Shown here piece by piece: positions 10,100 through 19,070 of a stretch of DNA of 64,000 bases. The stretch comes from an uncultured Candidatus Saccharibacteria bacterium. Its GTDB lineage: Bacteria; Patescibacteriota; Minisyncoccia; Phycocordibacterales; UBA9973. Location of the stretch: positions 44,644 through 108,643 of the forward strand of contig CAZHJZ010000001.1 of assembly GCA_964532495.1 (NCBI GenBank). Reading direction: 5' to 3'. Position numbers and translations under genes: made by a program. The notes beneath the pieces are model-generated. The model saw nothing but the letters and a program-made list of their open reading frames with translations, was not told where the DNA came from and searched no databases. Positions within the stretch are counted from its first letter, which is position 1; every line of letters begins with the position of its first letter.

Positions 10100-11065
10100 T
10101 TATTCAGTAGCAACTTCTGCAGGTGCGCCGTACATTTTCAGCAACAATGCTTTTATTTCATCCCTCTCAGTTAGGTCAGAAAGCTTATCTACTTCTCTGT
10201 TATAGTATCCATGCGCCCATTGCTGAATTTCAAATGCCAGCATGGCGTAATCTGTTTCCAGGGCGGCATTGGTAAGCATATGTGCAATGGTAAGCACGGC
10301 ATCAAATTGATCGGGGTTTTCTCTAAGCTCGTCAAAATCATTTTTAATTGACTGGCGTATATCTTTTTTTGCCAATGTGTCTACAAGTAGAATGAATTTG
10401 TGCAATTCAGGGTAGTCTTCATTAAACGATTCTTCGTATACATGAATGAACAATGTCGAAACTTCTACATAATTTGCAAAAGATGTAGAGATCCCAAATT
10501 CGTCAAACAAAAATTCAAGCTTGTCATACATCATTTTTGCAAGCTCTGCATCTATGCCGCTATCGGCAGAAAGTACATTCGAATACTCGTTTTGGGCATT
10601 TGTAAGTATGCTGGCAGAATCGCCGGAATATAAAACCCTACGAAGTCCGACGAGGCATGATGCCCACTCCAACATAAATGATACTTGTAGATTATCATCC
10701 TCAGCGCTCAAGCCAGCAAGCTTCTCCTTCAAAAAATCAGCTGCTTGGTTCAATAATGCTTTTCTTTGTTCGCCGTCGGCTTCTTCAGCTTGGTATTGCA
10801 ATAGCCAAAACTCGGCAAATGCCTCTGAACTAGACTGCTCCGGGTTTTCAACTGTATTTTCTTCTTCCTCCGTATTTAGCTGATCTGGCTTGCGTAACCA
10901 GAAATAAACACAGAAAGCAATAGAGATTAGTGTTGTAATATAGCTTCCATATAGCAACTTGCTATTGTGGCGATGCAAGCCTGCGACAATTCCGCAGATA
11001 GATACAAGCAGTGCAATATTTGAAATAAGTGTTCCAGTAGTAACGGTAGTAATTCTTTTTTTCAT
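10100..11065 (-). CDS. hypothetical membrane-anchored protein, tandem paralog A
   Basis: 321 aa with N-terminal TM helices. Its C-terminal half aligns with the 11184..12119 product (…SIKNDFDELRENPD…LAFEIQQWAHGYY… versus …SISNDFQVLKEHVADPG…LTFEIETWANAYF…). Confidence 0.6.
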   Translation of the reverse strand: MKKRITTVTTGTLISNIALLVSICGIVAGLHRHNSKLLYGSYITTLISIAFCVYFWLRKPDQLNTEEEENTVENPEQSSSEAFAEFWLLQYQAEEADGEQRKALLNQAADFLKEKLAGLSAEDDNLQVSFMLEWASCLVGLRRVLYSGDSASILTNAQNEYSNVLSADSGIDAELAKMMYDKLEFLFDEFGISTSFANYVEVSTLFIHVYEESFNEDYPELHKFILLVDTLAKKDIRQSIKNDFDELRENPDQFDAVLTIAHMLTNAALETDYAMLAFEIQQWAHGYYNREVDKLSDLTERDEIKALLLKMYGAPAEVATE

Positions 11066-11112
11066 GTTTTAATTTTTCTTCAAAGTACTACATTAGTCCC
11101 CTAATGTCAAAG
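11066..11112 (-). promoter_or_regulatory. putative sigma70-type promoter and leader of paralog A
   Basis: Minus strand reads TTGACA-(N16-17)-TACTTT then GAAGAAAAATTAAAAC-ATG. The leader block is almost identical to that of paralog B. Confidence 0.4.
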
Positions 11113-11183
11113 CCGAGGTAAGCTAAAAAAATAACGCACCTTGGTGGTGCGCTATAGTATTTCAACTACTCAGTATATTTATT

Positions 11184-12119
11184 TTATGCAGGGATTTCAG
11201 TTTCTGTATAACCAAAAAGAAAAACAAACAAGCTATCTAATTCTTTTACATCATTCTTGTCTGCCATGGCTTGCACTTTTTCTGCGAAATATGCGTTAGC
11301 CCATGTCTCGATCTCAAAGGTCAGTAGCGGGAAACCAAACTCCATAGCGGCCATAGAAAGCGACCGGCAATCATGATATACGCCAGGATCAGCGACATGT
11401 TCCTTAAGTACCTGAAAATCATTACTTATTGATTCATTCACATTTAGTAGCGCTATGTCGTCTACCAAATCCATGAATGTATCAACCTCCGGGTACTGGT
11501 CGCCAATTTCTTCCGTAAAATACGAATCCAGGGCGTCTTTTGCCTTAGTGTAAGTTATAAAGGAAGTACTAATCTTGTATTTTTTAAATAAAATAGTTAA
11601 TTCTTCCCGCAATAGCCCCACAATTATAGCGTCAGGCTGCGTACTTTCAGGCTGAAGATCATAGGTATTGAAAGCTTCCGGCAATGGAGACGTTGGGCTT
11701 TCAAATGCCTGCACGCGGCGGAAAACAATGAAGTTAATTACCCAGTAGCGGATAAATCCGGGGTCAAATTTTTCACCTGCTGAGAGCAAGGCGAGTTTAC
11801 TTTTCAATAGTTCTGCAAGCAGCGTCAGCATCTTTTCCTTTTCTTTTACTGAAGCGTATTCGAATTTCCGCGCTAAGCCCAAAAAGTTTTTCCAATTCTC
11901 ATTCTCATTTTCGCTAATAACGGCAGGATCTATTTCAGGCGCATTGCTTTCCTTGTCGTATGCCCATGATCCGAACACAAGACTCACCACCATGGTAGCT
12001 ATGCCTGTTAAAAATACAGGTTTAATCATTTTAAATAATCCAAAAAACATCAGAGAAGCGCCAATGCAGAAAATAATAGCAGCGGCAATCATTAAGCGGA
12101 AGTAGGTTTCTTTATTCAT
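11184..12119 (-). CDS. hypothetical membrane-anchored protein, tandem paralog B
   Basis: 311 aa, paralogous to the 10100..11065 product. Confidence 0.6.
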   Translation of the reverse strand: MNKETYFRLMIAAAIIFCIGASLMFFGLFKMIKPVFLTGIATMVVSLVFGSWAYDKESNAPEIDPAVISENENENWKNFLGLARKFEYASVKEKEKMLTLLAELLKSKLALLSAGEKFDPGFIRYWVINFIVFRRVQAFESPTSPLPEAFNTYDLQPESTQPDAIIVGLLREELTILFKKYKISTSFITYTKAKDALDSYFTEEIGDQYPEVDTFMDLVDDIALLNVNESISNDFQVLKEHVADPGVYHDCRSLSMAAMEFGFPLLTFEIETWANAYFAEKVQAMADKNDVKELDSLFVFLFGYTETEIPA

Positions 12120-12165
12120 TTTGTTTTAATTTTTCTTCAAAATACTACAATATACCCAAAATGTC
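12120..12165 (-). promoter_or_regulatory. putative sigma70-type promoter and leader of paralog B
   Basis: Minus strand reads TTGACA-N17-TATTTT then GAAGAAAAATTAAAACAAA-ATG. The 27-nt leader is duplicated together with the gene. Confidence 0.4.
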
Positions 12166-12195
12166 AAAACAAAAACCACACCGAGTGGTGTGGTT
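12165..12195. terminator. bidirectional hairpin terminator
   Basis: AAAAACCACACC-gagt-GGTGTGGTTTTT sits downstream of the DoxX-like gene stop at 12216 on the minus strand. Confidence 0.6.
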
Positions 12196-12215
12196 TTTCA
12201 AAAGTTGAATGCAGG

Positions 12216-12605
12216 TTAGAACATCAAGCTATATGCCCATGGAAACGGAATTGCGTACAACATAAGAAGTGCGCCGATGAGAGCAAGGTTTTTTGCGAAC
12301 TGAACTCGTTCAGCCATTCGGTGAGCAGAGTCGGTTGCCTTCCAGAAGTCATGCATCTGAACAAGCGTACCGATGAGGAATATAATAAGCACGATGATAC
12401 CAGGCTGCACCAATACGCCGAGCAAGATCGCCAAGCCTCCGAACAAAAGCATGAGGCCAGTTACGATAACTGAAGTCTTTGGCATTGGAACGCCTTTTGA
12501 TCCAGCATATCCAGCGAGAGCATCAGGAGTCGTAAGGTGCCCAATAGAGCTATAAATAAAGTATCCGCCGAGGATAATGCGTCCGAGAAGAAAGATGGTT
12601 AACAT
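12216..12605 (-). CDS. DoxX family membrane protein
   Basis: 129 aa with four TM segments; RIILGGYFIYSSIGHL is a DoxX-like N-terminal motif. Confidence 0.65.
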   Translation of the reverse strand: MLTIFLLGRIILGGYFIYSSIGHLTTPDALAGYAGSKGVPMPKTSVIVTGLMLLFGGLAILLGVLVQPGIIVLIIFLIGTLVQMHDFWKATDSAHRMAERVQFAKNLALIGALLMLYAIPFPWAYSLMF

Positions 12606-12687
12606 AATGTGATAAATGATTTATAAACTAATAATAGAGATAGTATACCACGCAGGCTATTTGACAATAGAAAGAAAATGAATCGTA

Positions 12688-13314
12688 CTATTTCCACTCT
12701 GTGAGCTTCCCTGCCTGGCGTTCTACAGGATCGGCTTTGCGCAAAGTTTTTACAGCTTCTTTTGAAATAAGGTCGTAGTGTCTTGCCTTGTCCAGTGCTT
12801 GATCAATGCCCCACAAATCCCCCTCTTCAAACATCCAATTATCATCAAAGGCATTCAGATCAAGCGGTTCGGTATATCGGCGAAGAGTCTTCTCTCCGGT
12901 ATCCAAAAAGTATTCATGAAAATATGATGCGGCCAATTCGCGTATCGTTTTGTAGATCGGTTCTCGATACCGCAACACGCCGTGATTAGTTTTCGAGATC
13001 GCGCCCCAGCCTCCGTGCTGCTTGAATGGAGCAACCACATGATCAAAATCTTTTTTAGTGGACTGAAGATACATCACTAATGGCTTGCGGCCATGAAGTG
13101 ACAGAATATACGCAGCCAAGATCGCACCCTCGAAACAATGCGCATTGTTTTCACGCAGCACGCGAACGGGAGATTTAAGCGTATCTATTTTATTTTTCTC
13201 AAAATTAAACGGGATGGAATTTACAAAATCCTGCACTTTTGAAGGAGTGGAGAGTTTTTTTAGAAGGGCTTTTTCTCGGAAAGTAAGTGCGAGCATGTGT
13301 GTTGACTGTACCAT
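12688..13314 (-). CDS. hypothetical protein with papain-fold (C39-like) cysteine peptidase motifs
   Basis: NAHCFEGAILAAYILSLHG resembles the C39 catalytic Cys motif (C-G-x-A-x-L...L..YG), and DHVVA lies downstream as a possible His motif. Tentative. Confidence 0.45.
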   Translation of the reverse strand: MVQSTHMLALTFREKALLKKLSTPSKVQDFVNSIPFNFEKNKIDTLKSPVRVLRENNAHCFEGAILAAYILSLHGRKPLVMYLQSTKKDFDHVVAPFKQHGGWGAISKTNHGVLRYREPIYKTIRELAASYFHEYFLDTGEKTLRRYTEPLDLNAFDDNWMFEEGDLWGIDQALDKARHYDLISKEAVKTLRKADPVERQAGKLTEWK

Positions 13315-13333
13315 ACGGGCTATTCAAATCAAA

Positions 13334-13855
13334 TTATTTTGGCAGCGTCAGAACATAGCGCCATTTTTTATTTTTCCATTCTTCCCCTGCATAATTGATG
13401 CCGATTCTCGGAGTTGCAGTAATGATGCCTTTATTTTTTTTCTTATTCCACTCAATATAAAGTTCTGAACCTTTGCGGGAATGCATGCCGTAGAATGTTC
13501 GATCTACGTTGAGATATTTTGTTACTCGTCCTGGACCACTTATTACTACCCCCTCGCTTGTTACTCCGCCTCGTATCAGCAAGGCTGCTGGATATCCTTG
13601 TTCTCGAGTAACCAGGTTGAGCATATTGTGCATTCCGTAGCATAAATAAACATACCAATGTCCGGCCGGGCCGAACATTATTTTTGTGCGGGAGGTTTCT
13701 CCTTTTGAAGCATGCGAAGCTTTGTCTTCGAATCCGTCACAGACTTCCACCTCCGTAATCGTAAGGCAAACGGCCTCGCCTTGTATTACGCGGCAAATCT
13801 TGGATCCCAGAAGGTCTTTCGCAACGCTATGAGAATCAAGGGAGGAAATGTTCAT
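13334..13855 (-). CDS. mpg: DNA-3-methyladenine glycosylase (Mpg/AAG family)
   Basis: GPAGHWYVYLCYGMHNMLNLVT is the hallmark MPG-family motif. 173 aa. Confidence 0.85.
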   Translation of the reverse strand: MNISSLDSHSVAKDLLGSKICRVIQGEAVCLTITEVEVCDGFEDKASHASKGETSRTKIMFGPAGHWYVYLCYGMHNMLNLVTREQGYPAALLIRGGVTSEGVVISGPGRVTKYLNVDRTFYGMHSRKGSELYIEWNKKKNKGIITATPRIGINYAGEEWKNKKWRYVLTLPK

Positions 13856-13912
13856 AGGTATAAGTATAGCAAAAGAACTCAGACGTTCGCCTGAATTCTT
13901 TACAAGCCGATA

Positions 13913-15025
13913 TTAGATCTTGAACTCAATCACATCGCCGTCCTTCACGATATATTCCTTTCCTTCAGTACGAACTTTCCCTTTCGAGCGGGCTTCTCCG
14001 TATGACCCTGCTTCAAGCAGATCTTTCCAGAACACCACTTCAGCGCGGATAAATTTGTCTTTGAAATCTGTGTGGATAGCCATTCCAGCGACAGGCGCGG
14101 TACTTCCCTTCTGGATGGTCCATGCGCGTGTCTCGTCTTCTCCTGTGGTGAAATACATCTCAAGTCCAAGGAGTTTGTAGCCTTCAGTAATAAGGTCATT
14201 GATACCGTCATGCTCGCCTCCCATTTCTTTTCGGAACATGCTTTTTTCTTCGCCTTCGAAGTCTTTGAGCTCATCTTCGATCTTTGCATCAAGCACGACA
14301 TATCGCGCGCCGGTAGAAAGTATATAGTCAGTAAGCTCTTTAAACAGTTCTGGATTTGTTTCGTCCAAGTTTTTTACTCCTGCACGCTTGTTCAGTCCAT
14401 AAAGGATTGGCTTGATAGTAAGCAAATTGATCTGCTTCACCTTGATGAATTCATTTTCATTTAGTTCGACAGTATTTGCCATGCGTTCTCCTTCGAGAGC
14501 TTCGAGCACGCGAACAAGCGCATCATTCTCAAGAACGAATTCTTTATCGCCGCGCTTCACATCTTTTTGAATATTAGAAATACGCTTTGCTACTGTTTCC
14601 ATATCCGCAATGATGAGCTCCATATTGATGACCTTGATATCTCGCAATGGATCAATGTCTCCATAGACATGCATGATCTCTTTGCCCGTTTCAGCAGCAA
14701 GAGGAAAAATGCGCACCATTTCAAAAATGGCATCAGTCTCGCGAATATTGGCCAAGAATTTATTTCCCAGACCTTCGCCCTTAGATGCGCCAGCAACCAA
14801 TCCGGCGATATCGACGAACTCAATCGCTCCAGGAATAGTCTTTTGAGATTTTGAAAATTCTGAAAGTTTCCACAACCGTTCATCAGGCACGGCAACAATG
14901 CCCACCGACGGATCGATAGTGCAGAACGGATAGTTTTCAGCTGGAACGCCTTTCTTGGTGAGCGCGTTAAAAAGCGTGGATTTGCCCACGTTTGGAAGCC
15001 CGACGATGCCGATACTTAATGACAT
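13913..15025 (-). CDS. ychF: ribosome-binding ATPase YchF (Obg-like GTPase family)
   Basis: [24 protein letters not shown]1 motif and a C-terminal TGS-like domain. 370 aa. Confidence 0.9.
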   Translation of the reverse strand: MSLSIGIVGLPNVGKSTLFNALTKKGVPAENYPFCTIDPSVGIVAVPDERLWKLSEFSKSQKTIPGAIEFVDIAGLVAGASKGEGLGNKFLANIRETDAIFEMVRIFPLAAETGKEIMHVYGDIDPLRDIKVINMELIIADMETVAKRISNIQKDVKRGDKEFVLENDALVRVLEALEGERMANTVELNENEFIKVKQINLLTIKPILYGLNKRAGVKNLDETNPELFKELTDYILSTGARYVVLDAKIEDELKDFEGEEKSMFRKEMGGEHDGINDLITEGYKLLGLEMYFTTGEDETRAWTIQKGSTAPVAGMAIHTDFKDKFIRAEVVFWKDLLEAGSYGEARSKGKVRTEGKEYIVKDGDVIEFKI

Positions 15026-15027
15026 GA

Positions 15028-15369
15028 TTAATTTGCTTCGTTCTTATCCAATGCTGCCTTCTTGCTTGCGAATTCCTCTAGAGATTTTACATCGGAATAT
15101 TTCAAATAATACTCAATTTCAAATGTATCAATTGCTTTTTGATCAAGATCTACTGCAACTAATCCCCCCTGTGTGTTGTACATTTCGCTAAATTTTGCAA
15201 AATCAAAAGCCTCTTTATCTGTTGCATTACTTTTAGCAACTGCTGCTGCTTCTTTGTTTTTTTGAAATTCTAATTCCTTGTCCTTGATAGCTTCATTCAA
15301 AAAACTATCTCCTGACTTAGGAGTACTAGTTTTTCCACTCATATTGTTATTGTTTAGTTCCATACTCAT
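15028..15369 (-). CDS. hypothetical protein (Asn-rich N-terminus)
   Basis: 113-aa ORF lying 2 nt downstream of the 15373..16980 gene on the same strand. Confidence 0.4.
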   Translation of the reverse strand: MSMELNNNNMSGKTSTPKSGDSFLNEAIKDKELEFQKNKEAAAVAKSNATDKEAFDFAKFSEMYNTQGGLVAVDLDQKAIDTFEIEYYLKYSDVKSLEEFASKKAALDKNEAN

Positions 15370-15372
15370 ATT

Positions 15373-16980
15373 TTAATCCTCGTTTAATTTTAATGCATGT
15401 TCGTTTAACGCCTGCTGTAATGTCTTGCCAGTATATCTTTGCAGTGAAGTTTGAACTTTCTCTTTTTGACCATCTGGAGTCTTATCCATTATACCTTGAA
15501 TATAGGATTCGTCAATAACTGTCTTTCCAAGGGTTTCTATCTCAGTTTGAGGGTTTTCCTTGAGAATTTTCTTTAGATTCTCCATTTGCTCCTCAATAAC
15601 CATGAATGCCCCATTTGTCTTTTCAGCCATTTTTACCGAATCGCCGTTTTCATCCATACCATACAAAACATAATCTTTGATTTTAGGATTATCCCGAACT
15701 TGCTGAAGGAGTGACACTCGATTTGTACGAATTCCTTCAAAACCCTCAACTACTGCCCCAAACGGAACATTCGGATCAACTCCCCCGATTGCGCGACCCA
15801 ATACTCGTATCAAAGAAGTTTGAAGCGGAACATCAACATCGAGGATTCTGATTACTTTTCCTGTCTCTTGAGCCATTTTTACCAACTCAAGAATGTTTTT
15901 TTCCTTATTCATTCTTTTATCAATAACCATTGAAGCCTCAGAGTTCAAAACTTCTTGAGTAATTTTCCGAGCAATGGTCGAACCTTCTTCGTGGGCTTGA
16001 TCATGTCCAACGGTTTGGCGACCAGCATCAGCCTCGATTGCTTTGATTGCCGTCTTGTAAGTATCAGGATTGATCGCTCCCGTCGCCTGACCATTTTCAT
16101 CTAAAGATTTTTTAAACAATTCATTGCTTTTGATCGCAGTTGATTTACCAGAAGCGGTGTTGCCTCGCAAGGCATAAATAGTCGGCTCTGAGTCTTGCAA
16201 TCTTTTGGAGAGAGCAAAAGCTTTTTCGCATTCTCCAGAAATAATTCCTTTTTGAAAATCCAAGCGCTCAGGCAGCCAGTTATCAGGGTTATCCAAGTAA
16301 GCATCTAAATTGCCACCCTGGGGAATTTGATTAGCGTAGGTGTATGCCTCATAGGTCATGATAGTTCCCGCGCTCAATTTGAGGACTTCCTTTCTTAGTT
16401 TATAACTTGGACCTTTGATAGTTTCATCTTTGCTCTTTATTTCTTGGAGAACAGATTTTGCATTTTCTTTGCTAACTGAAAGTTGCTGGAGTTTTCCGGA
16501 TTCATTTACCATAACCAACTGACCGTTTTCAGATTTGAGCAGCTGAAATTCTTGGGTTTGCAAATCACCCTCTTGGTGTTCCGAGAGGAAGGCCTGCACT
16601 TGTTCAGGATTGAGTGTGACTAATTTTTGAGAAAGCTCCTCTGTCTTTGCTTTTGCTTGAGATTTTTTCTGTTCATTTTCTAAATTTGGATCTTCTGTTC
16701 CTTTGAGTTCGGCAATAACTTTTTCTGAATCTTGCTTTACCTCTTCAATTTCCGTAAATGCTTCCGTAGTCGCGGATTTAACGGCATTCACGTCTGGTTG
16801 TGTTGCTCCTGAATACTTTACGATTCTCTCTTCTGCCTCTTGATTGTCTTTAAGCACTTTTGATTCCTCCGCAACAACGAGTGTTTCAAGTTTCTCAAGT
16901 GCAGTATCTACAGTAAGAACTTCGGAATTAGTTCCGGGTTGTCGCACCTGCGTTTCGAATGTATTTAGTTCTTCCTTCAT
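15373..16980 (-). CDS. P-loop kinase-like protein (zeta-toxin / AAA_33-like C-terminal domain) with about 250-aa coiled-coil N-terminal extension
   Basis: Walker A LRGNTASGKST, followed by AINPDTY and ILDVDVPLQTSLIRVLGRA, which recall zeta/PezT-type kinase motifs. The N-terminal half is E/K/Q-rich and predicted coiled coil. Confidence 0.45.
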   Translation of the reverse strand: MKEELNTFETQVRQPGTNSEVLTVDTALEKLETLVVAEESKVLKDNQEAEERIVKYSGATQPDVNAVKSATTEAFTEIEEVKQDSEKVIAELKGTEDPNLENEQKKSQAKAKTEELSQKLVTLNPEQVQAFLSEHQEGDLQTQEFQLLKSENGQLVMVNESGKLQQLSVSKENAKSVLQEIKSKDETIKGPSYKLRKEVLKLSAGTIMTYEAYTYANQIPQGGNLDAYLDNPDNWLPERLDFQKGIISGECEKAFALSKRLQDSEPTIYALRGNTASGKSTAIKSNELFKKSLDENGQATGAINPDTYKTAIKAIEADAGRQTVGHDQAHEEGSTIARKITQEVLNSEASMVIDKRMNKEKNILELVKMAQETGKVIRILDVDVPLQTSLIRVLGRAIGGVDPNVPFGAVVEGFEGIRTNRVSLLQQVRDNPKIKDYVLYGMDENGDSVKMAEKTNGAFMVIEEQMENLKKILKENPQTEIETLGKTVIDESYIQGIMDKTPDGQKEKVQTSLQRYTGKTLQQALNEHALKLNED

Positions 16981-16983
16981 TTT

Positions 16984-17157
16984 TTATGAACTGCTTTTTA
17001 AGTCTGCCAAGATTTGATCAATTCTCTTTTGGTCAATACCCTTATGGATCATTTTGATTTTTTCGTTACGAATCTGTTCAATCTTGCGAACTTCGTCGAG
17101 GAATTCTTGCTGAACTTCCTGTATCTTCTTCATAACTTCTTCTTCGTTCATAATCAT
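16984..17157 (-). CDS. 57-aa hypothetical protein immediately upstream of the zeta-like gene (antitoxin-like position)
   Basis: Manual translation gives MIMNEEEVMKKIQEVQQEFLDEVRKIEQIRNEKIKMIHKGIDQKRIDQILADLKSSS. It falls below the ORF-track length cut-off. Its stop TAA is separated by 3 nt (AAA) from the ATG of 15373..16980. Confidence 0.35.
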   Translation of the reverse strand: MIMNEEEVMKKIQEVQQEFLDEVRKIEQIRNEKIKMIHKGIDQKRIDQILADLKSSS

Positions 17158-17205
17158 AAATATAGCATCATGTGATTAAAGTATAGACCACTATGCAAGA
17201 TGATC

Positions 17206-17514
17206 TTATTTCTGATTCTGCATAAGCATCATTAATGGTGCCAACTGGTCGCGGTATTTTGTAAGTTCATGCTTGTACTTCATCATGACTCCAGCAGAAG
17301 CCATCATGGTATCCATGCCGCTCTTTTGCTTTTCTTCAACTTCTTTTTGGATTTTTTCCATAAGAGCCTTGAGTTCTGGGTTGGATTCGATAGCTTTCAT
17401 CGCTTCCATGAGCTCTGGATTTGCCTCTATTTTCTCTGCCATTGCTTCGGCCTGATCTTTGGGTACGCCTTTCATGCGAAGGGCGCTTTTCATTAAGAAT
17501 GATTTGATTGACAT
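17206..17514 (-). CDS. hypothetical Met/Glu/Lys-rich helical protein
   Basis: 102-aa ORF, Met-rich (MKSALRM..., MMASAGVMMKYK..., LAPLMMLMQNQK). Confidence 0.4.
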   Translation of the reverse strand: MSIKSFLMKSALRMKGVPKDQAEAMAEKIEANPELMEAMKAIESNPELKALMEKIQKEVEEKQKSGMDTMMASAGVMMKYKHELTKYRDQLAPLMMLMQNQK

Positions 17515-17588
17515 ACGACAACTATAGCATGCAAAAAGGTGTTTTACAAAGTCTTAAATTCTGGTATAATGTTAGAAAATTTAAACGC

Positions 17589-18341
17589 ATGAAGCATCCA
17601 TTACTCTTGATTTTGGCCTTGGCACTTTACGTGTATCCCTGCTTTTCGCAGGAAAAAGAATTATTAAAAACAGAAAAAACTACTGAAGACGCCACGGAGC
17701 AAGAAACTGCTCCCGACGGCGAAATACGTACCGACCTCGCAATACGAACCAATACTACGACTGATATCAATCAGCCGAACATCGTTTGGAAAGTATATGG
17801 AGATTACATGATCCCTATCAAGCGCAACCGCTTATTCGTAAACGGACTGCTTGGGTATCATTGGCCGCTTACGTTTGATGCAGGCATTGCGTATCCCGCT
17901 GGCAAAAAAGATTGCTGGGTTGCACCGCGATTAGGCTTCCTTGTTGGAACACATTTTGGCATGAGCTTTGGATTAGTTTCAAAGATCGAAGTTAAGAAAT
18001 TCAAAATGTTTACACAAGTTGCTTTTGTTTCAGGTTTTACCAAACAGCGCGACCAAGCATTCTTGCTTATGGAACTCACCTATCGGCCAATCAAGCTGAT
18101 TGAAATCGGCATTGAGCCAGAAATCAGAGTACACTTCGAAAAAAATACCGCAGAGATGAGGTATGAAAAAGAAGTTGAAATTGATTTTGAACTCAGCGCC
18201 TTTATACGGTTCCATATTAACCAAGGATTTTTTGGTGTCGGATATGAATTCGAACCCATCGACATCCCGGGCGAAAAAATTGAAGATATTTCATTTTTGA
18301 AGTTAACACTTGGAGGTGAAATATTCCGCAAAGATAGATAA
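17589..18341 (+). CDS. hypothetical secreted protein
   Basis: The ORF track starts at 17508. The likely start is the Met at 17589, which gives a signal peptide MKHPLLLILALALYVYPCFSQ. The mature part is beta-rich. Confidence 0.5.
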   Translation: MKHPLLLILALALYVYPCFSQEKELLKTEKTTEDATEQETAPDGEIRTDLAIRTNTTTDINQPNIVWKVYGDYMIPIKRNRLFVNGLLGYHWPLTFDAGIAYPAGKKDCWVAPRLGFLVGTHFGMSFGLVSKIEVKKFKMFTQVAFVSGFTKQRDQAFLLMELTYRPIKLIEIGIEPEIRVHFEKNTAEMRYEKEVEIDFELSAFIRFHINQGFFGVGYEFEPIDIPGEKIEDISFLKLTLGGEIFRKDR

Positions 18342-18367
18342 AATTGAAACGTATGTTTTCTTATTAC

Positions 18368-18405
18368 AGACCCAAGCAAGCAATTGCTGTGGGGTCTTTT
18401 TTTTA
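18368..18405 (+). terminator. rho-independent terminator after 17589..18341
   Basis: AGACCC-a-AGCAA-gcaa-TTGCT-gtg-GGGTCT followed by TTTTTTTT. Confidence 0.6.
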
Positions 18406-18432
18406 TTAGCAAAACTTAGGTATACTGAGACT

Positions 18433-19017
18433 ATGACACGAGCCGAGAAATTACAGAAAATCCATGAGCGCTGGACTATCGACTGCACCTGCGAGCTCAA
18501 GAAAACCGCAACCCGGGCTGTCTTTGGCGACGGAAACTCCTCTGCCGAGGTCGTCTTTATAGGCGAAGCTCCTGGCAAGAACGAAGACTTAGGCGGCAAG
18601 CCGTTTATCGGAGCAGCAGGAAAATTCCTGGCGGAGATGCTTGAATCCATCAAGATGAATCGCGAGGATATTTACATAACCAACATCGTAAAGTACCGCC
18701 CACCGAACAACCGCGACCCTGAGTCGGAGGAAAAAGCTGCTTGCCGCGATTGGCTGTATGAAGAATTGAATTTCATCAAGCCACAACTGATTGTCTTTCT
18801 CGGCCGACATTCGATGAATGACTTTTTTCCGGAATTAAAAATCAGCGGAGCGCACGGGAAACTGATCCACAAAAAGTTTGAGCGCATTAATACAGAATAT
18901 TTCTTACCTCTCTATCACCCGGCATCAGCTTTATATAATGGCGGGATGCGGGAGACGTTGTTGAAAGATTTTAAGAAGATTATAGTGGCACTGAAGAAGA
19001 TCAAAGAATCAAAATAA
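18433..19017 (+). CDS. udg: uracil-DNA glycosylase, family 4
   Basis: VFIGEAPGKNEDLGGKPFIGAAGKFL is the family-4 UDG motif. The start was chosen at MTRAEKLQ; the ORF track starts earlier, at 18310. Confidence 0.8.
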   Translation: MTRAEKLQKIHERWTIDCTCELKKTATRAVFGDGNSSAEVVFIGEAPGKNEDLGGKPFIGAAGKFLAEMLESIKMNREDIYITNIVKYRPPNNRDPESEEKAACRDWLYEELNFIKPQLIVFLGRHSMNDFFPELKISGAHGKLIHKKFERINTEYFLPLYHPASALYNGGMRETLLKDFKKIIVALKKIKESK

Positions 19018-19070
19018 AAAGCACACGGTTTTGGCCGCATGCTTCTGGTTTTTATAACACAGTAAATATG

